A stretch of DNA of 45,193 nucleotides from a virus. The stretch is taken from IMG/VR virus record IMGVR_UViG_3300045988_155187; one strand, 5' to 3'. A program made the position numbers and the translations under genes. Shown piece after piece: positions 25,078 to 34,155 of the stretch. The notes below the pieces were generated by a model, which had not been told where the DNA came from, ran no database searches, and saw only the letters and a program-made list of their open reading frames with translations. How positions within the stretch are numbered: the first letter of the stretch is position 1; each line of letters starts with the position of its first letter.

Positions 25078-25220
25078 AAACACACCAAGTGCGACCTTTC
25101 GCTAGTAGACCGCACCTCCATTTTTCTTAGGGTATAAGATACAATTAGAAGAATTTTTAAATAAATTTCTAAAAGTCCCCCCCCCCCGAATTTTCGAGAT
25201 TTAATTGATTTTATCAACAT
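25074..25220 (-). CDS. 48-codon leader ORF containing the G11 tract, coupled to paralog 3 (speculative)
   Basis: AGGAGG (25235-25230) lies 9 nt before ATG 25220. Translation MLIKSIKSRKFGGGGLLEIYLKILLIVSYTLRKMEVRSTSERSHLVCL. The TGA overlaps the ATG of paralog 3. Confidence 0.3.
   Translation of the reverse strand: MLIKSIKSRKFGGGGLLEIYLKILLIVSYTLRKMEVRSTSERSHLVCL
25143..25177. repeat. Right arm of the inverted repeat, preceded by an inverted remnant of a paralog 3' end
   Basis: AATTAGAAGAA (25143-25153) + 9-nt insert + AAATTTCTAAAAGTC (25163-25177). The plus strand at 25131-25148 reads GGT ATA AGA TAC AAT TAG (..IRYN*), compare ..RYTK(N)*. Confidence 0.75.
25177..25187. repeat. Homopolymer C11 (G11 on the coding strand)
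   Basis: aaaagtCCCCCCCCCCCgaatt. Highly atypical in this AT-rich genome. Confidence 0.95.
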
Positions 25221-25233
25221 TTTTTCATTCCTC

Positions 25234-26073
25234 CTATATTTCTAAATCAACAGTTTCAACCAGTTCAAATATTGGTTGTTCTTTACCATTAATATGGAAA
25301 GCGTCTGATTGTAAATTTATGTAATTCACTTCATCAGTCTTATTTCCTTCAACAAAAGTTATACGACCAAGTACCCCGCCCGTTCCACTGGCACCTGTAA
25401 TTGATTGTGTATCGATAGTTACTCCTGGAGCTCCCGCATTTGTTGCATATATTGATATTTCTCCTGGTGTTATATTGGTAAACATATTACCAGTTTCGCT
25501 TTGAATACTTATATTTTCAAGCCCAATTTTTGTAGTTTGAACATGGGTTCCAGTTTCATCTTCAATTGTTCGATAAATTTCCAAGCATGCAGAATTCAAT
25601 TGAGCAACATCAAAATATTTTGAACCATTGTATGTATAAACTAGTTCAGACTTAATATTCCCAGTGGTACTGTTAATGTTCATAGATGTTTTATTGCCAT
25701 CTGCAAGAGCACCAGTGGTACTCAAACCTTCCTGATCAATACTCCAGCCACCAATTTTACCACTAACTGCTGTCATCGCTCCTAGCGCATTGACAATAAA
25801 TTTTCCATTTATATTTAGACTGCCACCAGTAATATTTCCCAGATCAGCAGCAATAGCACTTAAGGTATCTACATTTAAATTGTCTACACTAATATAGTGA
25901 ATCACCCACGAATTTCCGGTCCATCTTTTAATAGGCTGCCCCGTTGCGGTTTGCCATAGTTGACCTACTGTTGGTTTTGATGGGGCAGTGGATGAAACTA
26001 TAATCCCACTGTCTCCATCTGTACCGTCAACAACCTTTACCAAAGTTATTTCATTTCTTGCCTTAACCGCCAT
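25234..26073 (-). CDS. Tail fibre / host-specificity protein (279 aa)
   Basis: ORF track. The N-terminus MAVKARNEITLVKVVDGTDGDSG resembles that of the upstream fibre protein. Gly/Thr/Asn-rich, beta-type composition. Confidence 0.6.
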   Translation of the reverse strand: MAVKARNEITLVKVVDGTDGDSGIIVSSTAPSKPTVGQLWQTATGQPIKRWTGNSWVIHYISVDNLNVDTLSAIAADLGNITGGSLNINGKFIVNALGAMTAVSGKIGGWSIDQEGLSTTGALADGNKTSMNINSTTGNIKSELVYTYNGSKYFDVAQLNSACLEIYRTIEDETGTHVQTTKIGLENISIQSETGNMFTNITPGEISIYATNAGAPGVTIDTQSITGASGTGGVLGRITFVEGNKTDEVNYINLQSDAFHINGKEQPIFELVETVDLEI

Positions 26074-26076
26074 TTT

Positions 26077-27108
26077 TTATCCCTCTAACTGTGCGACATA
26101 ACTTCCGCGATTTGTGATATCTCCAGCTGCAATAGTAAGTGTACTGCCAGTGGCAGTAGCCGTAGATGAACCATCTTTATACCACTTTATTGTACCTGCG
26201 CTGGTTAATGCACTTCCGGTTAATTCTATTGCACCTTTAAACACTTTAGCAGTAAGTGTAGTAGCGATTTCGGTGTTTTTAAAAATTGTCCCATTAGATG
26301 AGATGATTGCAATATTAAAGGCATCAGCCCCATTAGCTCCGTTAGTACCATTTCTTGATACTGAATAAGATGTAGTAGTCTTACCGTCTGAATACGTGAC
26401 TATAGTTCTAGTCCATACATACTGTCCCGCACTTCCAGTTACTGGTGTAGTAGACCACGTTCCTGTAGGTGGTGTTGTACCATTTGAAGATGCTTGATAA
26501 GATACGGCAGAAGATGTTACCGTAACGCTTGAACCATTTGATCCATTAGTACCATTTCTAGAGACACTGTATGCAGTCGTAGATTTACCATCACTGTAGG
26601 TTACTACCGTTTTTGTCCATAAATATTGACCAGCCGATGTACTTGGAGGCGAGGCTACCCATGAACCAGTTGGAACAGTTGTACCTGAACTACCAACCTG
26701 ATATGTAACACTGGTATCTTTTACTGTGACACTTGTACCATTGGACCCATTTGTTCCTTTAAATGCAATAGCATAGCTGAATACCTTTCCGATTGTGATA
26801 TCGCCTATAATTACTGGAATTGTAAAGCTTCCACTTGTAGTTAAAGCGCTTGTTGCTGTAATTGTAATTGTTGGTTCGGGAGTTTTATTATCACTAACTA
26901 CACTCAAACCAGAGGGTGTGCTAATTGCACCTAATGTACAAGCTACAATTTCACTGCCGCACATTGCTGTGATTTTCGATGTAATAGATTGCGTCCCGTT
27001 GACCGCGCTTGTAGTCCCTTGAAACGTATGATTATCGTTACTCAAGTTTACTGAATAACCATCAGTTAAATCGATTAAATCAACCTGAGCACTTGCTTTT
27101 ATTGCCAT
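26077..27108 (-). CDS. Tail fibre / baseplate protein with tandem 68-aa repeats and a C-terminal Ig-like module
   Basis: ORF track. Two copies of GTNGSNG.SVTV..S.V.YQ.....TP.PTG.W...P....GQY.WT.T.VTYSDGK.TT.YSVSRN. C-terminal IISSNGTIFKN...IKWYKDG is shared with the Tal protein. Confidence 0.7.
   Translation of the reverse strand: MAIKASAQVDLIDLTDGYSVNLSNDNHTFQGTTSAVNGTQSITSKITAMCGSEIVACTLGAISTPSGLSVVSDNKTPEPTITITATSALTTSGSFTIPVIIGDITIGKVFSYAIAFKGTNGSNGTSVTVKDTSVTYQVGSSGTTVPTGSWVASPPSTSAGQYLWTKTVVTYSDGKSTTAYSVSRNGTNGSNGSSVTVTSSAVSYQASSNGTTPPTGTWSTTPVTGSAGQYVWTRTIVTYSDGKTTTSYSVSRNGTNGANGADAFNIAIISSNGTIFKNTEIATTLTAKVFKGAIELTGSALTSAGTIKWYKDGSSTATATGSTLTIAAGDITNRGSYVAQLEG
26350..26757. repeat. 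Two tandem ~204-bp (68-codon) repeats within the fibre gene
   Basis: Protein residues 118-185 and 186-253 align along their full length. Confidence 0.8.
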
Positions 27109-27121
27109 ATATTATCCTCCT

Positions 27122-28885
27122 TTAAAAGTCTAAAAAGCATCTAAATGTTGCTTTGTTGTTTATGTCTTTGTCGGTTAATGTAAAAATGAAACCATTATCA
27201 GACAAACGTTTATCATTTTGATTTATTGGTGTATATTCTGTTTCACCAATATTTTTTATTTCCCATATAATTTTTGCTTGTTCGCCAAAAACATCATACA
27301 TTTTTTGAGATGTATCGATAATTTTATCGTCAACAAAAATTTGAACTGTCATAGTTGTATTAACCCCAGTATTTTTAAATGAAAAGCCGTTAACACTGTC
27401 AATTTTTAATACTATTGCTGATTTTCCGTCCACAAGTTTCAATACAGTTACTTCCGCACTTGCTTTTATAACACCATTATCAGTTAACGCTTCAAAACGA
27501 AAAACGGATCTATCATTTTCTAAATCCGTTGCTGAAACTTCTGTTGTTTTTGAATCTATAAGAAAAAAACTGTCTTTATACCACTTTATAGTAAATTTTT
27601 CTGTAATATCATTTATTCCATCACTTACAAGTGCTTCTAAGATTGTTTTTTCATCATCCTTTTTGAATATAATCCCATTACTAGAAATAATATTTGCACT
27701 ATAGCTCTTATTTGCTTCAATAAGATCATTCATTTGTTTAATGAGGGATTCATCAATCTGCGACTGCCTTTCAACAAAATTATCAAAGGTAGTTTTGCAT
27801 GTAGTTTGATCGGTAAAACTGATTATCTGCTCTGTAATACGTGCTTCTAAGTAAAGCGTTGGTTTATACTCTTTATCCTCGATTGTGAACGTATCACCTA
27901 TATTTGCATCAATAAAACCATCTACATCATAGCTAACTTGAGGAATACAGTTCTTTTTTAATTGTGCAAGTGCCTGGCCATAAAGTGTATTAACATTGCT
28001 TGTTTCATAACTCCACACCTTAGCGATATAACGATCATTTTCACTTGTTGTCAAGGTAGAAGGAAATCTATCCCTTGCTTGAGGTGCTAAAATTTCAATT
28101 GTTCCACTTGGTGAATAATATTCTAAATTACCATTTGAATCGTATTCTTTTTTATCAATACCGGCTAATGTTAACCCATCTGTCCCAGTTGGTCGAATTG
28201 CAGTATAAAGTTCTGTTATATCAGATGTTTTAGAAATACCTCTAATATTTATTCCATAACGGATAATTTCACTTCTACGATCAGTTCCCATTCCTTGAAC
28301 ATTTGTATCATGTTTTTTATAAACGTTTAAAACAATACCTCCTAATGAATAATCGCTGTTCAGTTCGGTTATAAACTCAATTTCAGCATCAAAAACATTT
28401 GCCAGCGAAAAAAGCCGAGCTAAAATAGTCTCAGTTCCTTCCCATTCATGAGTTATTCTTTTGTCACTTACCTCATTTATCCCAATTTCAAACACCTGAT
28501 TTTCAAAGTTAAACGCTCTAATGTATTCATCAAAACTTAAAGCATTACTTGCTTTATAAGGTCCGGTTTCTTCATTAGATAATTCCAATGAAAGACCGTA
28601 AGCGGTAACTTTAGTATATTTTTCATTACGCTCATTATTTACAATATTGCAGTAATAACCTTTGTTTTTATATACAAAAGAAAGTTTATTACCAACAGTA
28701 AGGAACTTAGAATCATCGTGATTTGATAATGTTTTGAATGAGTATGTATAAGCTGATCCCGACAAATAGGTGTGCAGTTCATCTTTATAATAGTGCATTG
28801 CCTCATCAATTGTATTATCTAAAAAAATACATACGTTATCGTATGCATCTAATACAGCAATTCTGACATTGTCCATTATATCCAC
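27122..28885 (-). CDS. Tail-associated lysin / minor structural protein (Tal, prophage tail endopeptidase family) with Ig-like C-terminal repeats
   Basis: ORF track. Follows Dit. N-terminal ..VLDAYDN....L........Y.DELHTYL.GSAYTYSF.. is typical of the phage minor structural protein N-terminal region. Confidence 0.7.
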   Translation of the reverse strand: MDIMDNVRIAVLDAYDNVCIFLDNTIDEAMHYYKDELHTYLSGSAYTYSFKTLSNHDDSKFLTVGNKLSFVYKNKGYYCNIVNNERNEKYTKVTAYGLSLELSNEETGPYKASNALSFDEYIRAFNFENQVFEIGINEVSDKRITHEWEGTETILARLFSLANVFDAEIEFITELNSDYSLGGIVLNVYKKHDTNVQGMGTDRRSEIIRYGINIRGISKTSDITELYTAIRPTGTDGLTLAGIDKKEYDSNGNLEYYSPSGTIEILAPQARDRFPSTLTTSENDRYIAKVWSYETSNVNTLYGQALAQLKKNCIPQVSYDVDGFIDANIGDTFTIEDKEYKPTLYLEARITEQIISFTDQTTCKTTFDNFVERQSQIDESLIKQMNDLIEANKSYSANIISSNGIIFKKDDEKTILEALVSDGINDITEKFTIKWYKDSFFLIDSKTTEVSATDLENDRSVFRFEALTDNGVIKASAEVTVLKLVDGKSAIVLKIDSVNGFSFKNTGVNTTMTVQIFVDDKIIDTSQKMYDVFGEQAKIIWEIKNIGETEYTPINQNDKRLSDNGFIFTLTDKDINNKATFRCFLDF

Positions 28886-30411
28886 GCCTCTCTTACACGT
28901 ACTTTCACTGTCGGTTTTGTTTTAGTCCATTCACTAACAACAAATTGAATTTTTGTTTCACCAGAATCAGCTTTAAAATATTGACTCCCCAATATTTCAT
29001 CGTTTGGCCGATACATACCATTAACATAGAATTTTGAGCTTTCACCATCAATGACACATACATCATTTGGCTGATAACGATTAGGTATATCTTTCCATTT
29101 TTCAACATTCATTTTATCAAATACAAAATCATTTACGCCCATGTAGGTCATAAAACTTGAGCCACCACGATTACCATATTGTTTTATAGCAATTTGTATT
29201 TTTGTACATTCCATATTTTCTACTTCAGGAATAATATAAGACGGGTATCCGCCCCAGTAGTAAAAGGTTAGCCTATTACCCTCTTTTCTTAGATCACAAT
29301 GACCCCAGTCCCAATACCATGGATTTTGATTTCCAAGGTGACTTGTAGTATATGAGTAGGTGTGTAATACTTTCCCATTGGCCCATAATTCATAATTTCC
29401 TGTATTACCAGTTGTATCGGTTTTGTACCAACATACCCCAGCGATAAGTTTGTTGTCTTCGGTAAGCCAATTTATGCACATTTCACCCGTTTGTCCCATC
29501 AAACCAGCATAAAAAATAAGGTGGAAATATGAATAAAAATTTTTAGCACCTTTTCTTCCTTCAGAATCGCTGGGAAGTATAAGAGTACGTAATCCACCGT
29601 TAGAACTCGAGGAGATAGGACCGGAAACACCAAGAGTTAAAAAGGTCTGATCAAACCAAGTACTAGTACCCAGCGTTCCTTTTACACTATGCGAAGGATG
29701 CATATAATCAGTACCGTTAGTATCGTTTGGTAAATTTATAAAATCCCATAGTGTCCCCAGCCTTTCATTTTGTTCATAAGCCTCTTTATCAGCTTCATCA
29801 ATTTTTCCAAACTGCATCGTTCCTTTATCACTCACAACACCAATAAAACCACTTTCAGCGTTGTGAGTTATTTCATAATCAATAGGAACAGAAACAGAAC
29901 CATCATTAATCACTGTCACTTCAAGAACCCCATTATCATTTGGTTCAGCAATAAATTCTTTTAATACGTCTGAATATTTAAACGGATCGCTGCAATATAT
30001 TTCAATATTTCCAGTTATACTATTTGATCCAGGACCAGGGATACTGTTTCCAATCTTTGTACCAATAAAATATTTATCTGGCTCATCATTAAAAATAATT
30101 TTAACCTGTTCATCTTTTAAAAGTCGATTTAATTTATTAAATGAATCACGAAATTCGAGGCAAGTAGATGCAATTAATTGATATGTAACAGTAATAGTCC
30201 TTGATGGATACCGTTTACCTAAATAATTGGTTCCATCCAATAAATTGACCGTTTCATCTTGTACTTCACTTTCCATCAGCTCACGACCGCTTACATATAA
30301 CGTCCGATACCCCGGTATTTCACTTTCAATAAAAACGCCATTGTAGGACATTGCTTCAGCGGGAAGTATTGTTTTAGTATACATCTCATCAGTATCTACG
30401 AATTCATACAT
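28876..30411 (-). CDS. Distal tail protein (Dit, Sipho_tail family), long 'evolved' form
   Basis: ORF track. Immediately downstream of the TMP gene. ..GYRTLYVSGRELMESEVQ....LDG..YLGKRYPSRTITVTY. Confidence 0.75.
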   Translation of the reverse strand: MYEFVDTDEMYTKTILPAEAMSYNGVFIESEIPGYRTLYVSGRELMESEVQDETVNLLDGTNYLGKRYPSRTITVTYQLIASTCLEFRDSFNKLNRLLKDEQVKIIFNDEPDKYFIGTKIGNSIPGPGSNSITGNIEIYCSDPFKYSDVLKEFIAEPNDNGVLEVTVINDGSVSVPIDYEITHNAESGFIGVVSDKGTMQFGKIDEADKEAYEQNERLGTLWDFINLPNDTNGTDYMHPSHSVKGTLGTSTWFDQTFLTLGVSGPISSSSNGGLRTLILPSDSEGRKGAKNFYSYFHLIFYAGLMGQTGEMCINWLTEDNKLIAGVCWYKTDTTGNTGNYELWANGKVLHTYSYTTSHLGNQNPWYWDWGHCDLRKEGNRLTFYYWGGYPSYIIPEVENMECTKIQIAIKQYGNRGGSSFMTYMGVNDFVFDKMNVEKWKDIPNRYQPNDVCVIDGESSKFYVNGMYRPNDEILGSQYFKADSGETKIQFVVSEWTKTKPTVKVRVREAWI

Positions 30412-30414
30412 CTA

Positions 30415-33399
30415 CTATTTCACCCCCTTGATCATATTTTTTAATTTTTCATTTTTTTCTATTTCCTCCTGCGTAAACGGCGCAGTTACACGAGCAACCT
30501 CTTTGCCGTCCATAATTACAGGTACATTAATAGTGTATTTAGTATTTTGATAATATTCGTAATCTTCTGAAAGATTACTATCAAAGTCACCTGCAAAAGC
30601 AATTTTAGGATTGTTTAAAACTGGTATTGAAAATAATTTATCTGCTGCTTTTTTTACAAAATTTTTCATTTCTACAATACCATTGCCCAATCCCTTACCC
30701 CAGAAATTACCTAGTTTAGTACTAACCCTTGAAGGTGAATGAATCTGCGCTTTAGCACGGATAGCCTTTTCCGCAGCACTTGCAAGTTGAGAAGCAACAC
30801 TTCTTACATAGCCGAGTTGTGAGCTCATACCATTACCTAACCCTTGACCAATGTAAACACCTGCCCCGTAGGCTCCTGCCTGACCATTTTGGAACACTCC
30901 GATAGTCTGCATTGTTGTTAATGATGCTATTAATACCATTTTAGTAGCTCCGGTCTGAACACCACTAGAAATATTGTTTCCAATATTTTGCCCTGCGGTT
31001 TTAGCTTTACCCTCAGCATTACTAAAAGAACTAATAAGTGATTTAATTGCAGATTTTGCTAAACTTCCCAGTCCTTCAAGTGCACTGTTAACAAAACTAA
31101 TTGAAGACTTCATTGCTTTCAATGATTTTTCAGTAGTTTTTGCACTAGATGCAATTGATTTCATACTACCCAACACACCTAATAACCCAGCAGCTAAAGC
31201 AATCATACCGGCGGTTACAACCAATAAAGAAGCACCAAAAGCTACGAACCCAGCAGTTAATGAAATTGTTCCTGCCAGAGAGGCAACGCCACTTGCTGTA
31301 AACGCTAATACCCCGGCAGTTAAAACTAGCAAAGAAGCTCCAGCAGCGAGCGCCCCTGCTGATAAAGTTAATAATGCCGGTCCTAAAATAACTGCGCCTA
31401 GAGCACACAAATTAATTCCTGCTCCCAAAGCAACTGATGCAACAGCCAAAGCTAATACACCAACTGCTGCACCTAATGCACCAACTCCTACCGCAATTAA
31501 ACCAGCAGCTAAAATTAAAGCACCTGCTCCAGCTACTACAGCACCTGCTCCAAAAGCAATCATACTCGCTCCTAATAAAGCTATATTTCCTGCTCCTAAT
31601 AATCCGTATTCACAGACAGTAGGAAGTACACCAGCCACTAACGTTAAGGCAGTAGCTGCTAATAAAGCTCCTACTCCAACCAAAACAATAGCAGCACCAA
31701 AAGCTATAAACCCAACTGCTCCCGCTGTTAATGCAGGCCCTAATATAGCTGCTCCTGCCGCTAATAATGCAATAGTCGCTATCATTCCGACCATAACCCC
31801 AATTGCAAGTGGTCCAGCATTTGCCAAATTAATAGCACTAGCCGTTAAGATTGCAAATCCAGCTGAAACTAGAACTAATGCCGTTCCCATAGCTAACATT
31901 GCAAGTGAAATAGCGTTTAATTTTGCAGCTCCCGGCTTAATAGAATTCAACATCAAAGTCATACCAGCTCCCATAGCTGCCAAAGCAACCACAAGACCAG
32001 CCATCACACCAATTGCTAAAGGTCCTGCATTAGCTAACTGTATAGCGGAATAAGCTAATAATGCAAAACCTGCACTCACCATCAAAATACCCGCTCCCAT
32101 CATCATAAAAGATTTAGCAGATGCTAGCATGTTTTTTGCATTTGTTTTTGCTGCATTGCCTGTGTCATTTATTCCATCAGCAACATTAGTTATTTTTTTT
32201 GTTACACCAGAAGATACGGTATCAGAAATACCCATTAACTTATCACCAAATTTTTGTAATGCAGTAACAGCCGAACTAATTTTCTTATAGCCTTTCCATG
32301 CTAAAAAGAAACCTGCTACCCACGGTGTAGCTGCAACAATTATGTCACTATTATCTGCAATTATATTCCCAACAAATGCAATCACATCACCGGCTGAAGA
32401 CATAACATCACTAAACGTTTTAATAACCGTTTCATTTGTTGCTATTGAGGCACCTACATCAACAATCACACCTCCGACATCAAATAGTGCTCCTGCTACC
32501 TTTCCAGCAGCTTTACTAAAAGCATCCCAATAGGGTTGAATTGTGGTTATTGCCCCCGAAATTGTATTAACTAAGCTGTCAGCGTTAAAACCATCTAATT
32601 TATCAACAAGACCAGAAATTGCATCAATCCCAATTTTTGAAACATAGTCGAATGCCGGAGCTAATTTAACTCCCAGAGTTTCAGTCAAACCATCCATTGC
32701 TTGGTCTACAGTTTTATATTCTGTAGCCAATTTTGTGAAAGCGTCATTTGTTCCAACTTTAGCAATGGCATTGAAAAAATCTTCGGTTTTAACAGTTCCA
32801 TCCTGAACTTTACTAACTAATTTAGAAGTACTCATACCCATTTCTTTCGCTACCGCTGCAACTCCAGCCGGGGTCTGCTCAAGCATTAGTTTAAAATCCT
32901 GCCAAGCAACTTTCGGCTTAGCGGCCATTTGTGTAGCTTGTGTACTTAAAGTTTTCATTGCTTGCGTTGGGTTTTCAGCTGCCGCAGCAAGACCACCAAA
33001 ACCTTTTACTAACTGTGTACAATTCTTTGTTCCAACTGCTGCCAGCTGACTGTAAGTAGTAGCCATATCACTAGCACTATAGATTGTTTGTGTTGCAAAT
33101 TTTTGTAGTTCTTTTTTTGTAGAAATTATTTCATCAGAACTTTTTCCAAGCATTCCCATGTTACCATTAAAGGTTTTCCAAGCTGCACTTGAAGCTCCTA
33201 ATTCACTTATAACACCCGAAATACCACTTGTGATACTTGAAAAAGCTTGTTGCCCAATTCCAGTAAGAATACCAAAACCAAGTCCACTTTTAATTTTACT
33301 GCCTAAGCTCGACAATTTGGAATCGGCTTTTTCCATTGTGGAAGTAAATCCTTTATCAGCAGCCGATAATATAGCTTTTACACTAAAACTCTCTGCCAT
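30415..33399 (-). CDS. Tape measure protein (994 aa from ATG 33399)
   Basis: Largest ORF, downstream of the G/GT genes. Ala/Gly-rich, with a central hydrophobic block of about 317 aa. Confidence 0.9.
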   Translation of the reverse strand: MAESFSVKAILSAADKGFTSTMEKADSKLSSLGSKIKSGLGFGILTGIGQQAFSSITSGISGVISELGASSAAWKTFNGNMGMLGKSSDEIISTKKELQKFATQTIYSASDMATTYSQLAAVGTKNCTQLVKGFGGLAAAAENPTQAMKTLSTQATQMAAKPKVAWQDFKLMLEQTPAGVAAVAKEMGMSTSKLVSKVQDGTVKTEDFFNAIAKVGTNDAFTKLATEYKTVDQAMDGLTETLGVKLAPAFDYVSKIGIDAISGLVDKLDGFNADSLVNTISGAITTIQPYWDAFSKAAGKVAGALFDVGGVIVDVGASIATNETVIKTFSDVMSSAGDVIAFVGNIIADNSDIIVAATPWVAGFFLAWKGYKKISSAVTALQKFGDKLMGISDTVSSGVTKKITNVADGINDTGNAAKTNAKNMLASAKSFMMMGAGILMVSAGFALLAYSAIQLANAGPLAIGVMAGLVVALAAMGAGMTLMLNSIKPGAAKLNAISLAMLAMGTALVLVSAGFAILTASAINLANAGPLAIGVMVGMIATIALLAAGAAILGPALTAGAVGFIAFGAAIVLVGVGALLAATALTLVAGVLPTVCEYGLLGAGNIALLGASMIAFGAGAVVAGAGALILAAGLIAVGVGALGAAVGVLALAVASVALGAGINLCALGAVILGPALLTLSAGALAAGASLLVLTAGVLAFTASGVASLAGTISLTAGFVAFGASLLVVTAGMIALAAGLLGVLGSMKSIASSAKTTEKSLKAMKSSISFVNSALEGLGSLAKSAIKSLISSFSNAEGKAKTAGQNIGNNISSGVQTGATKMVLIASLTTMQTIGVFQNGQAGAYGAGVYIGQGLGNGMSSQLGYVRSVASQLASAAEKAIRAKAQIHSPSRVSTKLGNFWGKGLGNGIVEMKNFVKKAADKLFSIPVLNNPKIAFAGDFDSNLSEDYEYYQNTKYTINVPVIMDGKEVARVTAPFTQEEIEKNEKLKNMIKGVK

Positions 33400-34128
33400 T
33401 TTTCTCACCTCTTTTTCTCATGAATTCTTTAACTTTAGAAAATTTATCTTCTTTTTTTCCAAGAACTTTATTAAGTTCATATTCATAGTCAAAGAACTTC
33501 TTGAAAGTATCGAAAACTGGTCGAGTTTTATTTTTACCTGCTTTCTTTCTTGCTTTGACTTTAAAATTATTAAACGCTAGCAAATGAATGTGATAATTCA
33601 AATCGAGTTCCTTTAGCTCTACTGCTTTCATTAATAGTTCATATTCCGCAAAGGTTAATAAATCAACTTGATCAAAATTCTTAAAATCTAAATATCTAAA
33701 ACAATTTAATGCTATCTCTTTATAAGTTTCATCGAATGATCGAATATCTTCTAATGTTGTTCTTTTTCCCGTTTCTTCGCTTCTTCCACTCTCTCGAACA
33801 GTTTCTTGATTGCGACTTTCGATGCATTCGCACTCGATAAAAAATCAATTACAACCTCAAATAATTTTTCAACATCTGTCGTTTCGTTATCGATATATTC
33901 TTCAATTTGCTCACGAGTAACTCTAGGCGTCATGCCATCATTTAAATAATCTAGAGCATTAATCAATTCTTCAATTTCACCATCTACTAAGCCAGCTACC
34001 AAATAAGTTAAACCAACTTGCTTTTCTACACCTAATTCATCTTTTTGCGTTACATTTTTATTTACTTTTCTTACAAATCCGATAGATGCTTTGAATTTAT
34101 ATACAATTCCATTAATTGTTAATTCCAT
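33383..34128 (-). CDS. Tail assembly chaperone GT fusion (requires a -1 programmed frameshift)
   Basis: The -1 frame is open from 33844 to the stop at 33383 and overlaps the end of the G ORF. GGGAAAAAG lies at 33770-33762. Confidence 0.6.
33751..34128 (-). CDS. Tail assembly chaperone G
   Basis: ORF track. Lies between the major tail protein and TMP genes. Confidence 0.75.
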   Translation of the reverse strand: MELTINGIVYKFKASIGFVRKVNKNVTQKDELGVEKQVGLTYLVAGLVDGEIEELINALDYLNDGMTPRVTREQIEEYIDNETTDVEKLFEVVIDFLSSANASKVAIKKLFERVEEAKKREKEQH

Positions 34129-34155
34129 ATAATTTTTCCTCTTCTTTCTTCAATT

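Noticed and set aside
23860-25233. Diversity-generating retroelement acting on the variable fibre-tip paralogs
   Set aside because: There is no reverse transcriptase ORF anywhere in the genome. No near-identical template/variable repeat pair with adenine-specific differences was visible.
30974-32053. 359-aa plus-strand ORF (Ala/Pro/Asn-rich) inside the tape measure gene
   Set aside because: It is the antisense reading of the GCN/GGN-rich hydrophobic core of the 994-aa TMP ORF. It has no RBS, its composition is a mirror artefact, and the minus-strand frame is continuous and fits the synteny.
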